Positions 29,112-39,942 of a stretch of 64,000 bases of DNA are shown here, piece by piece. Every line of letters begins with the position of its first letter. Within the stretch, counting starts at the first letter, position 1. This DNA is from Hydrurus foetidus. Its lineage: Eukaryota. The notes below the pieces were generated by a model. That model ran no database searches. It was not told where the DNA came from and saw only the letters and a list, made by a program, of their open reading frames with translations. A program made the translations under genes and the position numbers. Where the stretch lies: contig UYFQ01000006.1 of NCBI GenBank assembly GCA_900617105.1, forward strand, positions 682,001 to 746,000. The letters are read 5' to 3'.

Positions 29112-29118
29112 GCCTGCA

Positions 29119-29185
29119 CTTTGCGCTGATTGGCGTGGTGGTGTTTTGGCTCAGCTTTGTGGTGATCGACAAGCTCACGCCGTAC
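29119..29185 (+). repeat. 67-bp fragment of the DUF350 gene (direct repeat of 43801-43867)
   Basis: 63/67 identical; encodes FALIGVVVFWLSFVVIDKLTPY. Confidence 0.9.
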
Positions 29186-29314
29186 TGTTCAAACTGAATG
29201 ATCCAAAGCAGAAGTCGTCAAACGCTGGTGTCGTTACAGGGGTTAAGGCAGCGATACCTCGTTAGAGTGTAGGGGTATGAGGATGTGCTGAAAATATGCT
29301 GAGGATCTCACCAT

Positions 29315-32300
29315 ATGAAGCCAGCTCAAATCCCTTCCAATGAAGCGCTACGTCTTGCATCCCTGCACAACTTAGGCATTCTGGACACCCGCGCTGAAGA
29401 AAAGTTCGATTGCCTGACACGTGCCGCGGCGCTGGTCTGCGGTATGCCAATATCGCTTGTTAGTTTGGTCGACTCAGAGCGGCAATGGTTCAAGTCCAGC
29501 TACGGCTTGGGCCCAGCAACCGAGACCCTACGTGACACCTCATTCTGTGCCCACGCCATCTTGGGAGATAGTATTTTTGAGGTGCAAGACACGCTGACAG
29601 ACCTGCGCTTTGCTGACAATCCACAGGTCATTGGCGACCCTGGAATTCGCTTTTATGCTGGCGCACCTTTGGTGCTAAGTGATGGTTCCCATGTGGGAAC
29701 TTTATGCGTTATTGGACGCGAACCGAGTGCGCTTAGTCCAGTTCAACGTGAAGTGCTTGGCAACTTGGCGCGTGTGGCGGTGTTGGCTATGGAGTCCCTC
29801 CACATTACTGTTCAGCGAGCACAAAGCGAGGCACGGTTTCGAGCCCTAAGCGAAACTTCACCGTTGGGTATCTATGCAACAGATGCAAACGGAGCATGCG
29901 TTTACACCAATGCCAAGTGGCAGGCCATTTATGGCCTGAGCGATGCGCAAAGTCTGGGAACAGGTTGGATCGCTGCTGTACACCCAGAAGACAAAGCTGG
30001 TGTCTTTGCCCAATGGCAAGCCTGTACTGATTCTGGACAACCCTTTGCGATGGATTTCCGTTTGCATCAACCAGGCGGATCCTTGCGTTTTGTACACAGC
30101 ACGGCCCTCCAAACATTGGATGAGCATGGTGTGCGTACCGGCTACGTTGGTGCGGTCGAGGACATCACCGAAAAGTCCTTAGTGAAGTACATCAATGAAT
30201 CGATGCTGTCGATAATCTTGAAGCACCGCATCGTGTCCTTGACAGATTTGGATGGGGCAATCACAGAGGTTAATGACGCGTTTTGTGCGATCAGCGGCTA
30301 CAGCCGGGAGGAACTGATCGGCAAGAACCATAGCGTCATCAACTCAGGCACCCATCCGTCGGTTTTTTTTGCGACGATGTGGCGTAGTTTGAAACGCGGA
30401 GAATCCTGGCAAGGCGAAGTATGCAATCGAACCAAAGACGGTCAACTCTACTGGGTCGACAGCATCATTGCCCCATTGCGGGGTGCAGATGGTGCGATTG
30501 AGCGGTATGTCTCCATTCGAAATGACATCACCAAGCGCAAACGCCAAAGTGAGGAATTACGCAAGAGTCAAGAGTTTCTTGACCAGACGGGTCGCATGGC
30601 CGGCGTTGGGGGGTGGGCGGTAGATGTTCTCGCCGGCACAGTGCAATGGTCTGACGAGACCTGTCGCATTCACGAAGTCGAACCAGGCTACCAACCCGTG
30701 CTCGCTGAGACGATCAACTTCTATGCGCCCGAAGCCCGATCCGTGATTCAAAAGGCCGTCGAAGAGAGTATGACTGGCGGTAAAGAGTGGGATCTTGAGC
30801 TGCCGCTGATTACCGCGACCGGCAAGGACATTTGGGTCCGGTCGGTTGGCCATGTTGAGTTTGCAAACAATGCACCCAAGCGCATCGTTGGCGCTTTTCA
30901 AAATATCACGGAAGCGTACTTGCAGCGTCAAAAGATAGACAGCATTGGCAAACGGTTTCAGCTCGCAACACGCTCAGGTGGCATCGGCGTATGGGAGTAC
31001 AACTTGGTGGATGGCACTCTGACCTGGAGCCCGGAGATGTACCCTCTGTACGGTCTGCCGACAGAAGCAGCCACAGGTGTGTACGAGCTGTGGTCTAAGC
31101 ATCTGCACCCGGACGACAAAGCAAACACAGAATCCGCCCTGCAGGCCGCGCTACAGGGCACCAGCGACTTTCAGCCGGAGTTTCGCGTGGTGTGGGACGA
31201 TGGCAGCATCCACTTCATACAGGCTGCGGCCATGGTTGAGCGCGATGACAGCGGCAAGGCACTTCGCATGGTGGGTGTCAATTGGGACGTCACTGCGCAG
31301 CGCAATGCAGAAGCTGCACTTGCCCAAAAAAATGAGCTGCTGCGGGTCACTATGCAATCCATCGGTGACTCGGTGATCACCACAGACGCCAAGGGGTGCG
31401 TCACTTGGCTTAACTCGGTTGCGGAACGGATGACAGGCTGGACAAGTTCCGAAGCCTCTGGCCGCCCCTTGGCTCAAGTTTTTCATATTGTCAATGAACA
31501 GACCCGTTTGCCCACTGAAAATCCGGTGGACACCTGTCTCAAGCAAGGCAAGATCGTTGGATTGGCGAACCACACGCTGCTGATTTCTCGGCATGGTGAA
31601 GAGTTTGGCATCGAAGACTCTGCTGCCCCTATTCGAAGTGAATACGGTGAAGTGCTTGGCGTTGTTTTGGTATTTCATGACGTGACAGAGCAGCGCCGCA
31701 TGTCTGGCGAAATGTCGCACCGCGCAACACATGACGAACTCACCGGCTTGGTCAATCGCGCTGAGTTTGAAGCACGCCTGCGCCGATTGCTCCAAAAGTC
31801 GCACGAAGATGACAGCCACCATGCACTGATGTTTATCGACTTGGATCAGTTCAAGCTGGTGAATGATGCCTGTGGTCACTCAGCGGGCGACCAGTTGCTC
31901 AAGCAAGTCAGCAAGCTGCTGGGTGAAGCCGTGCGCTCGCGAGACACCCTGGCTCGCCTGGGTGGAGACGAATTCGGCATCATTTTGGACCATTGCACAA
32001 GTGAACAGGCCCAGCGTGTGGGCCAGCAGATTTGTGACCGTATGGAAGAGTTTCGTTTCCTGCACGATGGCAGGCGCTTTCGCATTGGCACCAGTATCGG
32101 TCTGGTCGCGGTGTCCAACGCGTTTGCGACAGTCGCCGCAGTGATGCAAGCGGCAGATACCTCTTGCTACGCCGCAAAAGAGGCAGGCAGAAACCGTGTG
32201 CATACATGGTTTGACACGGACCAGGCGCTGCGTGAAAGGCACGGTGAAATGCAATGGACAACCCGTATCGAGCAAGCGCTGGATGAAGACAAGTTCGTAC

Positions 32301-33025
32301 TGTATGCCCAACGCATCACTGCGTTGGAGGGGGGCGGACACGGCATACACGCCGAAGTGTTGTTGCGCATGGTGGGCCATGATGGGGACATCATCAGCCC
32401 CGCCGCTTTCATTCCTGCGGCTGAGCGCTTCAACCTTGCTTCGCGCATAGACCGTTGGGTGCTGCGCAATGCGACGGCATGGCTGGAGACCCATGCGGAT
32501 CAAGCAAGCGTGCAAACACTCAGCGTTAATTTGTCTGGACAATCCGTGGGCGATAGGGCTTTCCATCGGCAAGTGATTGAGAGATTGGGTGCACTTCCAC
32601 CCAACATCTGCAAACGCTTGTGTTTCGAAATTACCGAGACTGCCGCTGTCACCAATCTGGCGGATGCTGCACTGTTTATCGAACAAGTTAGGGTGCTGGG
32701 TGTGCGTATTTCGTTGGATGATTTTGGTGCGGGAGCCTCGTCGTTCGGCTATCTCAAGTCTCTGCGGGTGGACTACCTCAAAATCGATGGGCAGTTCATC
32801 AAAGACCTGGTCGATGACCCGCTGGATGATGCCGCTGTAAGGTGTTTTGTCGATGTGGCGCGCGTTGTAGGGGTGAAGACGGTTGCCGAATATGTTGACC
32901 GGGAAGCGGTGTTGCAACGTGTTAAAGCCCTTGGAATTGACTATGCACAGGGCTTCCATTTGCACAAACCAGAACCTATCGACCAATTGTTCAAGGCGCA
33001 AGAACTCCTGCCGCAATTGATTTAA
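29315..33025 (+). CDS. GAF-multiPAS-GGDEF-EAL c-di-GMP enzyme (DgcE/YegE-like)
   Basis: GAF (SFCAHAI, RFYAGAPL), about five PAS/PAC, LARLGGDEF, EVLLRM, LDDFGAG, YLKIDG. Confidence 0.93.
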   Translation: MKPAQIPSNEALRLASLHNLGILDTRAEEKFDCLTRAAALVCGMPISLVSLVDSERQWFKSSYGLGPATETLRDTSFCAHAILGDSIFEVQDTLTDLRFADNPQVIGDPGIRFYAGAPLVLSDGSHVGTLCVIGREPSALSPVQREVLGNLARVAVLAMESLHITVQRAQSEARFRALSETSPLGIYATDANGACVYTNAKWQAIYGLSDAQSLGTGWIAAVHPEDKAGVFAQWQACTDSGQPFAMDFRLHQPGGSLRFVHSTALQTLDEHGVRTGYVGAVEDITEKSLVKYINESMLSIILKHRIVSLTDLDGAITEVNDAFCAISGYSREELIGKNHSVINSGTHPSVFFATMWRSLKRGESWQGEVCNRTKDGQLYWVDSIIAPLRGADGAIERYVSIRNDITKRKRQSEELRKSQEFLDQTGRMAGVGGWAVDVLAGTVQWSDETCRIHEVEPGYQPVLAETINFYAPEARSVIQKAVEESMTGGKEWDLELPLITATGKDIWVRSVGHVEFANNAPKRIVGAFQNITEAYLQRQKIDSIGKRFQLATRSGGIGVWEYNLVDGTLTWSPEMYPLYGLPTEAATGVYELWSKHLHPDDKANTESALQAALQGTSDFQPEFRVVWDDGSIHFIQAAAMVERDDSGKALRMVGVNWDVTAQRNAEAALAQKNELLRVTMQSIGDSVITTDAKGCVTWLNSVAERMTGWTSSEASGRPLAQVFHIVNEQTRLPTENPVDTCLKQGKIVGLANHTLLISRHGEEFGIEDSAAPIRSEYGEVLGVVLVFHDVTEQRRMSGEMSHRATHDELTGLVNRAEFEARLRRLLQKSHEDDSHHALMFIDLDQFKLVNDACGHSAGDQLLKQVSKLLGEAVRSRDTLARLGGDEFGIILDHCTSEQAQRVGQQICDRMEEFRFLHDGRRFRIGTSIGLVAVSNAFATVAAVMQAADTSCYAAKEAGRNRVHTWFDTDQALRERHGEMQWTTRIEQALDEDKFVLYAQRITALEGGGHGIHAEVLLRMVGHDGDIISPAAFIPAAERFNLASRIDRWVLRNATAWLETHADQASVQTLSVNLSGQSVGDRAFHRQVIERLGALPPNICKRLCFEITETAAVTNLADAALFIEQVRVLGVRISLDDFGAGASSFGYLKSLRVDYLKIDGQFIKDLVDDPLDDAAVRCFVDVARVVGVKTVAEYVDREAVLQRVKALGIDYAQGFHLHKPEPIDQLFKAQELLPQLI

Positions 33026-33123
33026 CGCCTTTGCAGGCCCAGGACGGGCGCGGAGAAGTGTCTTGGCGTTTAGCTGTTCCAGCGAATCTCGGCGACGATG
33101 ATGGGCCTAACTGGACGACTTAA

Positions 33124-33974
33124 GAGCGTGTTTACGATCTTCGAAGAACCAAAGCAAGAAATGCCAAATGGACGAATTGCAAGCTGGTGTTGATCCATCG
33201 CTCGCAGTTCTTCCACAGCCGTCGGTTCTTCTCCAGCCATGCAAAACTTCGCTCCACTACCCATCGTTTTGGAATGACGGCGAATTTGTGCAATTCGCTG
33301 CGTTTGGCTATTTGAACTTCAACTGTGTCGCCCAGCGTTTCTTTGACGGCCTGCTCAAAAGGCTATGCCCACATAGCCGCCATCACACAGCACGGCCTTG
33401 ATCGTGCTCAGGTTCTGCTTGCAGCGTGTCATGGCTTGCAAGGCTCCTTTGCGATCCGTTACATCGGCTGTGCTCACCGCTACTGCGTGCGGTAATCCTT
33501 GCGTATCCACAGCAATGTGACGCTTGATACCTGAGATTTTCTTCCCTGCGTCATAGCCTTTACTGCCCGCTGTGTCTGTGTTCTTTACGCTCTGTGCGTC
33601 CACTATTAACAGCGTCGGCATGGCGTTGCGCCCCAGTTTCTCGCGGGCCGCGCCAACCTGATTTTTTTAAAGCCCGCTCCAGCACGCTGATACCGTCCTG
33701 GTCGGGCTTTTTCCACTTGGAAAAGTAGGCATATACCGTCTGCCATTTCGGAAATTCACTGGGCAAAAACCGCCACTGACATCCTGTGCGCAGCAAGTAC
33801 AGCAGCGCACAAAATACCTCGTACTGATCTATTGTTGTGGGCTTTGTGCGTCGGCGCACGCCGCACAGCAGCGGCTCAATTTCGGCGAACTTCTCTCGAC
33901 TGATGTCGCTGGCGTATTTCTTTTCTCTCATCCCCGTAGTTTCGGGTCAATTCAGGGGGATCGCAAACACGTTC
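33124..33974 (-). mobile_element. IS5-family (IS1031/IS427-like) element, 851 bp
   Basis: IRs GAGCGTGTTTACGATC / GATCGCAAACACGTTC (2 mismatches); TAA on both flanks (33121-33123, 33975-33977). Confidence 0.9.
33132..33931 (-). pseudogene. Two-ORF IS5 transposase with A7 slippery site plus an extra inactivating frameshift
   Basis: TGCQWRFLP..FPKWQTVY, then A7 at 33662-33668, IVDAQSVK, GIKRHIAVD; +1 nt near 33365 disconnects KRWVVERSFAWL. Confidence 0.85.
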
Positions 33975-34001
33975 TAATGGCATCGGGCCCGTGGCCCCCG
34001 T

Positions 34002-34700
34002 TCAGGCGGGAGTGGCAGGTCCGCGCAACGCAGCCAGGCAGAACTGCACGACGATCTCGCTCAATTGGCTCGAGCGCGGCCGCTGCGTTGCCGATATCGG
34101 CAGCTTGCGACCCTGCACAGTCAATGTAGCCAGACCATGTGTCGCTGCCCAGACGGCAAATGCCAGCTCTTCTTCGCTGAGCGTTCCGACCCGAGCGCCG
34201 GGAAGAACCAGCGCCACTGCGTCTCGCAGCAATTGGAAGGATGCACCGCTCGCCTGCAACAGGTCGGGGTACTGATCGCGTCGCTCGATCTGTGGGCTGA
34301 ACATCAGATGAAAGCGGGCAGGGTGCGCTTGGGCGAATTCGACGTATCCCAGGATCACCGCCCGCAACCGCGCCGGGCCATCGTCGGCGCGCACCGAGTC
34401 CAGGCGCAACAGGCGTAACGACACCATGTCGCGGAAGGCCTGTGCCGCGATGGCTGCAAGCAGCCCGTTCCTGTCCTTGAAGTGATGGGCGGGCGCGCCT
34501 TGCGAGACACCGGCGAGCCTGGCCGCCGCGCGCATGCTCATGCCTGAGACGCCCCCTGTATCGAGAAGGTGGGTGCCCCATGCAATGAGCGACGCGCGAA
34601 GGTCGCCGTGATGCCACTGGCCTTCGGGTTTGGTACTTCCCTCGGCAGGGGGCTTAGGCGCAGCCCTCGATGGATGTTTTGCTGCTGCCGGTTTTGTCAT
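34002..34700 (-). CDS. TetR-family regulator (WHG-type C-domain)
   Basis: WHHGDLRASLI, SMRAAARLAGVSQGAPAHHF, WAATHGLA; start may be 34754. Confidence 0.88.
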   Translation of the reverse strand: MTKPAAAKHPSRAAPKPPAEGSTKPEGQWHHGDLRASLIAWGTHLLDTGGVSGMSMRAAARLAGVSQGAPAHHFKDRNGLLAAIAAQAFRDMVSLRLLRLDSVRADDGPARLRAVILGYVEFAQAHPARFHLMFSPQIERRDQYPDLLQASGASFQLLRDAVALVLPGARVGTLSEEELAFAVWAATHGLATLTVQGRKLPISATQRPRSSQLSEIVVQFCLAALRGPATPA

Positions 34701-34779
34701 ATGTCGAACGATCTGCCCGTGTCCCAGGACACCGGGCAACTTTAAATCGCTCATTTTGCCTCATGGCAAGAAACGCGCG

Positions 34780-36201
34780 TCAGGCTGCGGCGCGCCAGTT
34801 GCCGTGGAATCCGGCGGGAACGCGGTGCGACAGGTGGGCCAGCGCGACAGGGCCCGATGCAAGGTCGGTGGCGTCAAAGACGGCCAGATCGCTGCGGTTG
34901 TCCGCACCGCGCCAGATGACCGACAGCAGCCAGCCGTCGCCTTCCTTGGCATCGGCACTGCGTTCCACGAAGATGGGCTCGCCGCAGTGATCGCCCTCGG
35001 GAGGCTGCCAGCGCGCGATACCTCCGTTGGAATGGTCAATGTGGGCCAGGCCGCCACGAGCGGAATGCCCCTTGGTGGCTTCGGTGACGGCCGAGGTGCA
35101 GTAGTAGCCGTGCCGATAAGCGCGCATGGCGAAGCGCTCGTCGAGGCGCGGAAATTCTCCCGGGAGGTCGTCCAGCGACTGCTCTTGGTAGGTTCTCGAA
35201 GAATCTGCCAGATCGAAAGTCCAACGCACGAGTCGTGCCGTGGGCTGCCGGTCGGATGAAGCTCGGCCGTCGGGCAGGGGGAAGAGGGGCGCCACGTCGT
35301 ACTTCATCATGTCGCAGACGATCTTTCCATCTTCGGTGTCGAATCCGTTCATCGGATGGAACACATAGCTCGGGTCTCCTGTGAACCAGCGAACGTCCGC
35401 AGCCGTTCCGTCGCGGGGAAGGATGCCGATGTGCGTTCCCTTGTCCGGCTCCCACGCGTAGCCGGGGCGTCCGCTTTGAACGCGATCCATCGATCCCGTC
35501 AGCGGGAAGATCGGAAACAGCACGTGCGTGCGAGTGACCACGAAGTCGTGGACCATGCTGGGGAAGGGTGCAACGACGTGCATTGAGTTTTGCATCTTCC
35601 CTGCGCGGTCGACGATATGCAGCATCAGATCGGGCGTGAAAGGTCCGCGAGCGCTATAACCAAAGAAGAGCATTTCGCCGGTGATGGGATCCATCTTCGG
35701 GTGCGCTGTCATGGGGCCGGAGAGTTTTCCGTCGAAGTCGTGATACCCGCGCGGTTCAAGCGATACCGGGTCGACTTCGAAGGGTGCGTGCGCCTCCTCG
35801 AGCGCCAGCAGCCGATCGCCGTGCCACACGACGTTCGTGTTGGCCACCGTGGAGTTCAACTCAAGGATCTTGGGGTTGCTCAGGTGTCTGCTTCCCAGCG
35901 ACCCGGTCATCCCCTCGCCGTGGGCGTTCTCCATGAACCATTTCGGGGTACGCACCCATCGGTTGCGGTAGGCAACGCGTCCATTGTCAACATGGAACGC
36001 ATGCAGCATCCCGTCGCCAAAGAACCAGTGGTATTGCCCCCGGGGAGCAAACTGCGGATTGGGTCCGTTGCGGTAAAGCGTTCCACGCAACCCCGAAGGA
36101 ATCTCGCCGGTGATCGGCAGATTCGGCGCATCGCATTCCGCGTGAAGCGGGGCGTAGTAGCCGCACAGGAAGGGATCGTCGGTCGGGAAGGCTTTGGTCA
36201 T
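34780..36201 (-). CDS. Carotenoid cleavage oxygenase (RPE65/LSD) family protein
   Basis: GTLYRNGPNP, HWFFGDGM, and four Fe-ligand His (TAHPK, MVHDF, VFHPMN, GFHGNW). Confidence 0.92.
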   Translation of the reverse strand: MTKAFPTDDPFLCGYYAPLHAECDAPNLPITGEIPSGLRGTLYRNGPNPQFAPRGQYHWFFGDGMLHAFHVDNGRVAYRNRWVRTPKWFMENAHGEGMTGSLGSRHLSNPKILELNSTVANTNVVWHGDRLLALEEAHAPFEVDPVSLEPRGYHDFDGKLSGPMTAHPKMDPITGEMLFFGYSARGPFTPDLMLHIVDRAGKMQNSMHVVAPFPSMVHDFVVTRTHVLFPIFPLTGSMDRVQSGRPGYAWEPDKGTHIGILPRDGTAADVRWFTGDPSYVFHPMNGFDTEDGKIVCDMMKYDVAPLFPLPDGRASSDRQPTARLVRWTFDLADSSRTYQEQSLDDLPGEFPRLDERFAMRAYRHGYYCTSAVTEATKGHSARGGLAHIDHSNGGIARWQPPEGDHCGEPIFVERSADAKEGDGWLLSVIWRGADNRSDLAVFDATDLASGPVALAHLSHRVPAGFHGNWRAAA

Positions 36202-36272
36202 GGGGTGTCTCCGTTCTGGGGTGGGGTGCGGCGAAAGCCGCGGGCTCTTGGGTGCTGTTGCGCAGCGATGAT

Positions 36273-37265
36273 TTAGTCGAGTGTGATGCCGCCAAGGTCC
36301 TGGACGACTCTGCCCCAGCGAGCGTGGTCACGCCGGACGATCTGTGCGAAGGCTTCGCTTGCCTGACCCGAGGGCTCGTAGCCCAGCAAGGCCATGCTGG
36401 AGCGCATGTCTTCTGTATTCACGATGGCGCTGATCTCCTTCTCCAGACGTGCCGTGACCGGCGTGGGCGTGGCAGCCGGCGCAAAGACTCCGACCCAGCC
36501 GACCATGACGTCGAGGCTGGGGAAGCCCTGTTCACCGAAGGTCGGCACCTCCGGGAAGGCTGCATTGCGCGACGCACCGGTCACGGCCAGTGCCCGCAGT
36601 TTTCCACCGGTAACCAGGTGCGCACGCGCCGTCCCTAGGTCGCCCACGGAGGCGTTGATGCGCCCGCCGATCAAGTCGGGGATGGCGGAGGTCTTGTAGG
36701 GCACATGCACCATCTGGATCTGCGCCATGCGGCTCAATTCCACGCCCATTAGATGAGCGGCCGTGCCATTGCCGAAGGAGGCAAAGCTCACCGTGTTCGG
36801 CTTTGCCTTCGCAGCCTCGATGAACTGAGCGAGCGTTTTCGCCGGATCGGAGGCATTCACGAGCAGGACGAACGGCGTCGTGCCGACCTGGATCACGGGC
36901 TTGAGGTCATGCAACGTGTCGTAGGGCACCTTGCTGTAGACATGTGGCGCGATGGCGATGGTCGATCCCATAGCGAAGGCCAGCGCGCTGCCGTCTGGTG
37001 GGGACTTCGCCACGTTGTCCGCCGCAAGAATGCCTGAAACACCGGGCCTGTTTTCCACCACTACTGATTGCCCGACCGCAGGCGCGAGTTTGTTGGCGAG
37101 GCGGCGGGCGATGGTATCCGGTCCGCTTCCGGCGCCCAGGGACACGACGATCCGGATGGGCCGCGTGGTGAGCGGTGCCTGGGCGGCCGCTGGCATCGGG
37201 AGCGCCAGAACCAGGGCGAGAAGAAAGGCCGCATCAGCGACCACCATTTCGCGTAGGACGTTCAT
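36273..37265 (-). CDS. Bug/TctC tripartite tricarboxylate transporter substrate-binding protein
   Basis: RPIRIVV, VVVENRPG, HVPYK, LRALAVTG, VPTF.E.G; start inferred. Confidence 0.9.
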   Translation of the reverse strand: MNVLREMVVADAAFLLALVLALPMPAAAQAPLTTRPIRIVVSLGAGSGPDTIARRLANKLAPAVGQSVVVENRPGVSGILAADNVAKSPPDGSALAFAMGSTIAIAPHVYSKVPYDTLHDLKPVIQVGTTPFVLLVNASDPAKTLAQFIEAAKAKPNTVSFASFGNGTAAHLMGVELSRMAQIQMVHVPYKTSAIPDLIGGRINASVGDLGTARAHLVTGGKLRALAVTGASRNAAFPEVPTFGEQGFPSLDVMVGWVGVFAPAATPTPVTARLEKEISAIVNTEDMRSSMALLGYEPSGQASEAFAQIVRRDHARWGRVVQDLGGITLD

Positions 37266-37343
37266 GCTGTTGTCTCTTTCTGGCTCGATGAGCCATTGTT
37301 GTTGAGGATTGATCGACAAGAGGAATCGAGGCACCCGGATCGC

Positions 37344-38342
37344 CTATACCGGTTCGGCCACGCGATCGCGCACAGGGGCGGTGCGATCCAGCAAGGCGCG
37401 GCGCGCGGCGTGGTACTCGTTGGCGAAGCGCTCGACCAGATCAGCGGCATGCGGGATGTCGCCCAGCACACCGATGCCTTGTCCGCAGCCCCAAATTTCC
37501 TTCCAGGCCTTGGGCTTCTGGCGGTCCGAACCGAAGTCCATCTTTGACGGATCGCTGGTAGGCAGATTCTCGGGGTCGAGGCCTGCGGCCGCGAGCGAAG
37601 GCTTTAGGTAGTTGCCATGCACGCCGGTGATGAGGTTCGTGTGGATCACATCGCGTGCTGCGCACTGCGTGATCATCTGCTTGTAGCCCTCCACGGCATT
37701 TGCCTCCTTGGTGGCGATGAAGGCCGAGCCGATGTACGCCATGTCCGCACCCATGGCCAATGCCGACAGGATGGACCGACCGGATGCAATGGACCCTGAA
37801 AGAAGCAAAGGACCGCCGAACCACTGACGAATTTCCTGCACAAGCGCGAATGGCGACTGGGTGCCGGCATGGCCGCCCGCACCGGCAGCCACCGCGATCA
37901 GTCCGTCGGCGCCTTTCTCTATGGCCTTTTGGGCGAACGTGTTGTCGATCACGTCATGCAGCACGATTCCGCCGTAGCTGTGTACAGCCTCATTGATCTC
38001 GGGACGCGCGCCCAGCGAGGTGATCACGATCGGCACCTTGTAGCGCACACACACCTCCATGTCGTGATCTAGCCGGTCATTCGAGCGGTGCACGATCTGG
38101 TTGATGGCAAACGGGGCTGAAGGCCGATCCGGATGGCGAAGGTCGTGCTCGTGCAGTTCGCTCGTGATGCGATCGAGCCACTCGGCCAGCGCGGTAGTTG
38201 GCCGCGCGTTGAGTGCCGGAAACGATCCGACGATGCCGGCCTTGCACTGTGCGATCACAAGGTCGGGGTTGGAGATGATGAATAGCGGCGACGCCATCAC
38301 GGGGAGACGCAGTCGCTGCGAAAGGATGGGCGGAAGACTCAT
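37344..38342 (-). CDS. Nitronate monooxygenase/FabK-like FMN oxidoreductase
   Basis: SPLFIIS, GSFPALNAR, AGAGGHAG, AWKEIWGCGQG; start MSLPPIL after GGAG. Confidence 0.88.
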   Translation of the reverse strand: MSLPPILSQRLRLPVMASPLFIISNPDLVIAQCKAGIVGSFPALNARPTTALAEWLDRITSELHEHDLRHPDRPSAPFAINQIVHRSNDRLDHDMEVCVRYKVPIVITSLGARPEINEAVHSYGGIVLHDVIDNTFAQKAIEKGADGLIAVAAGAGGHAGTQSPFALVQEIRQWFGGPLLLSGSIASGRSILSALAMGADMAYIGSAFIATKEANAVEGYKQMITQCAARDVIHTNLITGVHGNYLKPSLAAAGLDPENLPTSDPSKMDFGSDRQKPKAWKEIWGCGQGIGVLGDIPHAADLVERFANEYHAARRALLDRTAPVRDRVAEPV

Positions 38343-38392
38343 GGTGGAAACTCCTGGAGAGCGGAATCTGGAAAAAGGGAAGGCGTGCCGCC

Positions 38393-39895
38393 TCAGATGG
38401 CGCGTGCCGTGGTCTGCCAGTGCGGCTCGCGCAGCAGGCGCTTGAAAATCTTGCCGGTGTCCTCGCGCGGCAGCGAGGCATGGATCTCGACGACGCGCGG
38501 CACCTTGTAGTTCGCGATGCGCTCGCGCAGGAACGACTGCACCTGGCTGGCCTCGATCTGATGACCGAACTGGGGTTGGATGGCTGCTGCCAGTCCTTCC
38601 CCGAACTCGGCATCGGGAATGCCGAAAACAGCGCAATCTGCAACGCCCGGCATGGTCTGGAGCACCGATTCGATCTCGGCGGGATAGATGTTCACGCCGC
38701 CCGAGATCACCATGTCGGACTTGCGGTCGCAGATGTAGAGAAAGCCTTCTTCGTCGAGGTAGCCCATGTCGCCCAGCGTGATGAGGCCATCGCGCTCGAT
38801 GGCGGTGCGCGCCTCGGGCCGGTTGATGTAGGTGAAGTCGGGCGTGGCGTGCTGGCGTACATAGATCAGGCCCGTTTCGCGCACTGGCACGGCCTGGCCC
38901 TGCTCGTCGAGGATACAGACCTGGGCATGCGGAAGCGGCCGGCCGACGGAGCCGCGGTGCGTCAGCCAGGCATGGGCGTCGATGAAGGTCGTGTAGCCCG
39001 CCTCGCTCGATCCATAGGCCTCGGTGATGATGGGCCCGAACCAGTCAATCATCGATTGCTTGAGCCCGGGTGGACACGGTGACCCTGTGGACGCGACCTG
39101 TCGTAGCGACGAAAGATCGTGGCGCGTGCGGTCGGCTGGCTCCAGAGCGAGCAGGCGCTGGTACATCGTCGGAACCAGATAGGCGTGCGTGACTCGATGC
39201 TGCCCTATGCGCGCGAGCGCACGTTCGGCATTGAAACGGGGCTCGAGCACCAAGGTTGCGCCGAGACTGCAGATGTGCGTCAGGTAGGTCATAGCCGCGC
39301 TGTGATAGATCGGCGCCGAGAGGTACGCCACCACGTCCGCGCCGGTGCCGTAGACGATGTCGGTCACTTCCTGCAAGTCGCGCTGCATGCCCGCGCGTAG
39401 GTTTTCGGGTGCGGCTATCCGGCGCACGCCCTTGGGCTTGCCGGTCGTGCCGGAAGTGTAGGCAATTGCACCGTGCGACATGCCTGAGCTTGCGGGCATG
39501 GGCGCAACACCCTCGCCGAAATCAGTCCAGTTCTCGGCGGAATGTGTCGCACTACCGGATGACGGCACGGCTATGACTTCCACGCCGGCAGGAATGCCCT
39601 CGCTAACCTGCGGGAGGAAGTCCTGGTGCACAAAGAGGGCGCGGGCACCGCTGTCGACCAACACGTGGTTAGCTTCCATGGCCTTGAAGTGCCAGTTGAC
39701 CGATGCGAGGTACAGACCCGCCTGGCGACAGGCAAGCACTACCACCACGTACTCAGGTCCGTTGCGCAGCATGGCCGCGACGGTACTGCCCTCGCTGCAT
39801 CCGAGCGCATGCAGGCCCGCGAGAGTCCGGTCAATTTCTCCTTTCAACCAAGCACGCGAGTATTCACGCCCGCCAAACCAGAGTGTTGGAATCAT
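38393..39895 (-). CDS. Acyl-CoA synthetase (AMP-forming)
   Basis: YTSGTTGKPKG, YGSSE, GDMGY.D, SGGVNIYPAEIE, TGKI; start MIPTL after AGGAG. Confidence 0.92.
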   Translation of the reverse strand: MIPTLWFGGREYSRAWLKGEIDRTLAGLHALGCSEGSTVAAMLRNGPEYVVVVLACRQAGLYLASVNWHFKAMEANHVLVDSGARALFVHQDFLPQVSEGIPAGVEVIAVPSSGSATHSAENWTDFGEGVAPMPASSGMSHGAIAYTSGTTGKPKGVRRIAAPENLRAGMQRDLQEVTDIVYGTGADVVAYLSAPIYHSAAMTYLTHICSLGATLVLEPRFNAERALARIGQHRVTHAYLVPTMYQRLLALEPADRTRHDLSSLRQVASTGSPCPPGLKQSMIDWFGPIITEAYGSSEAGYTTFIDAHAWLTHRGSVGRPLPHAQVCILDEQGQAVPVRETGLIYVRQHATPDFTYINRPEARTAIERDGLITLGDMGYLDEEGFLYICDRKSDMVISGGVNIYPAEIESVLQTMPGVADCAVFGIPDAEFGEGLAAAIQPQFGHQIEASQVQSFLRERIANYKVPRVVEIHASLPREDTGKIFKRLLREPHWQTTARAI

Positions 39896-39942
39896 CTTGT
39901 CTCCTTGTTGTGTCGCTGCCATAGCTGCTCGCAATATCGAGC

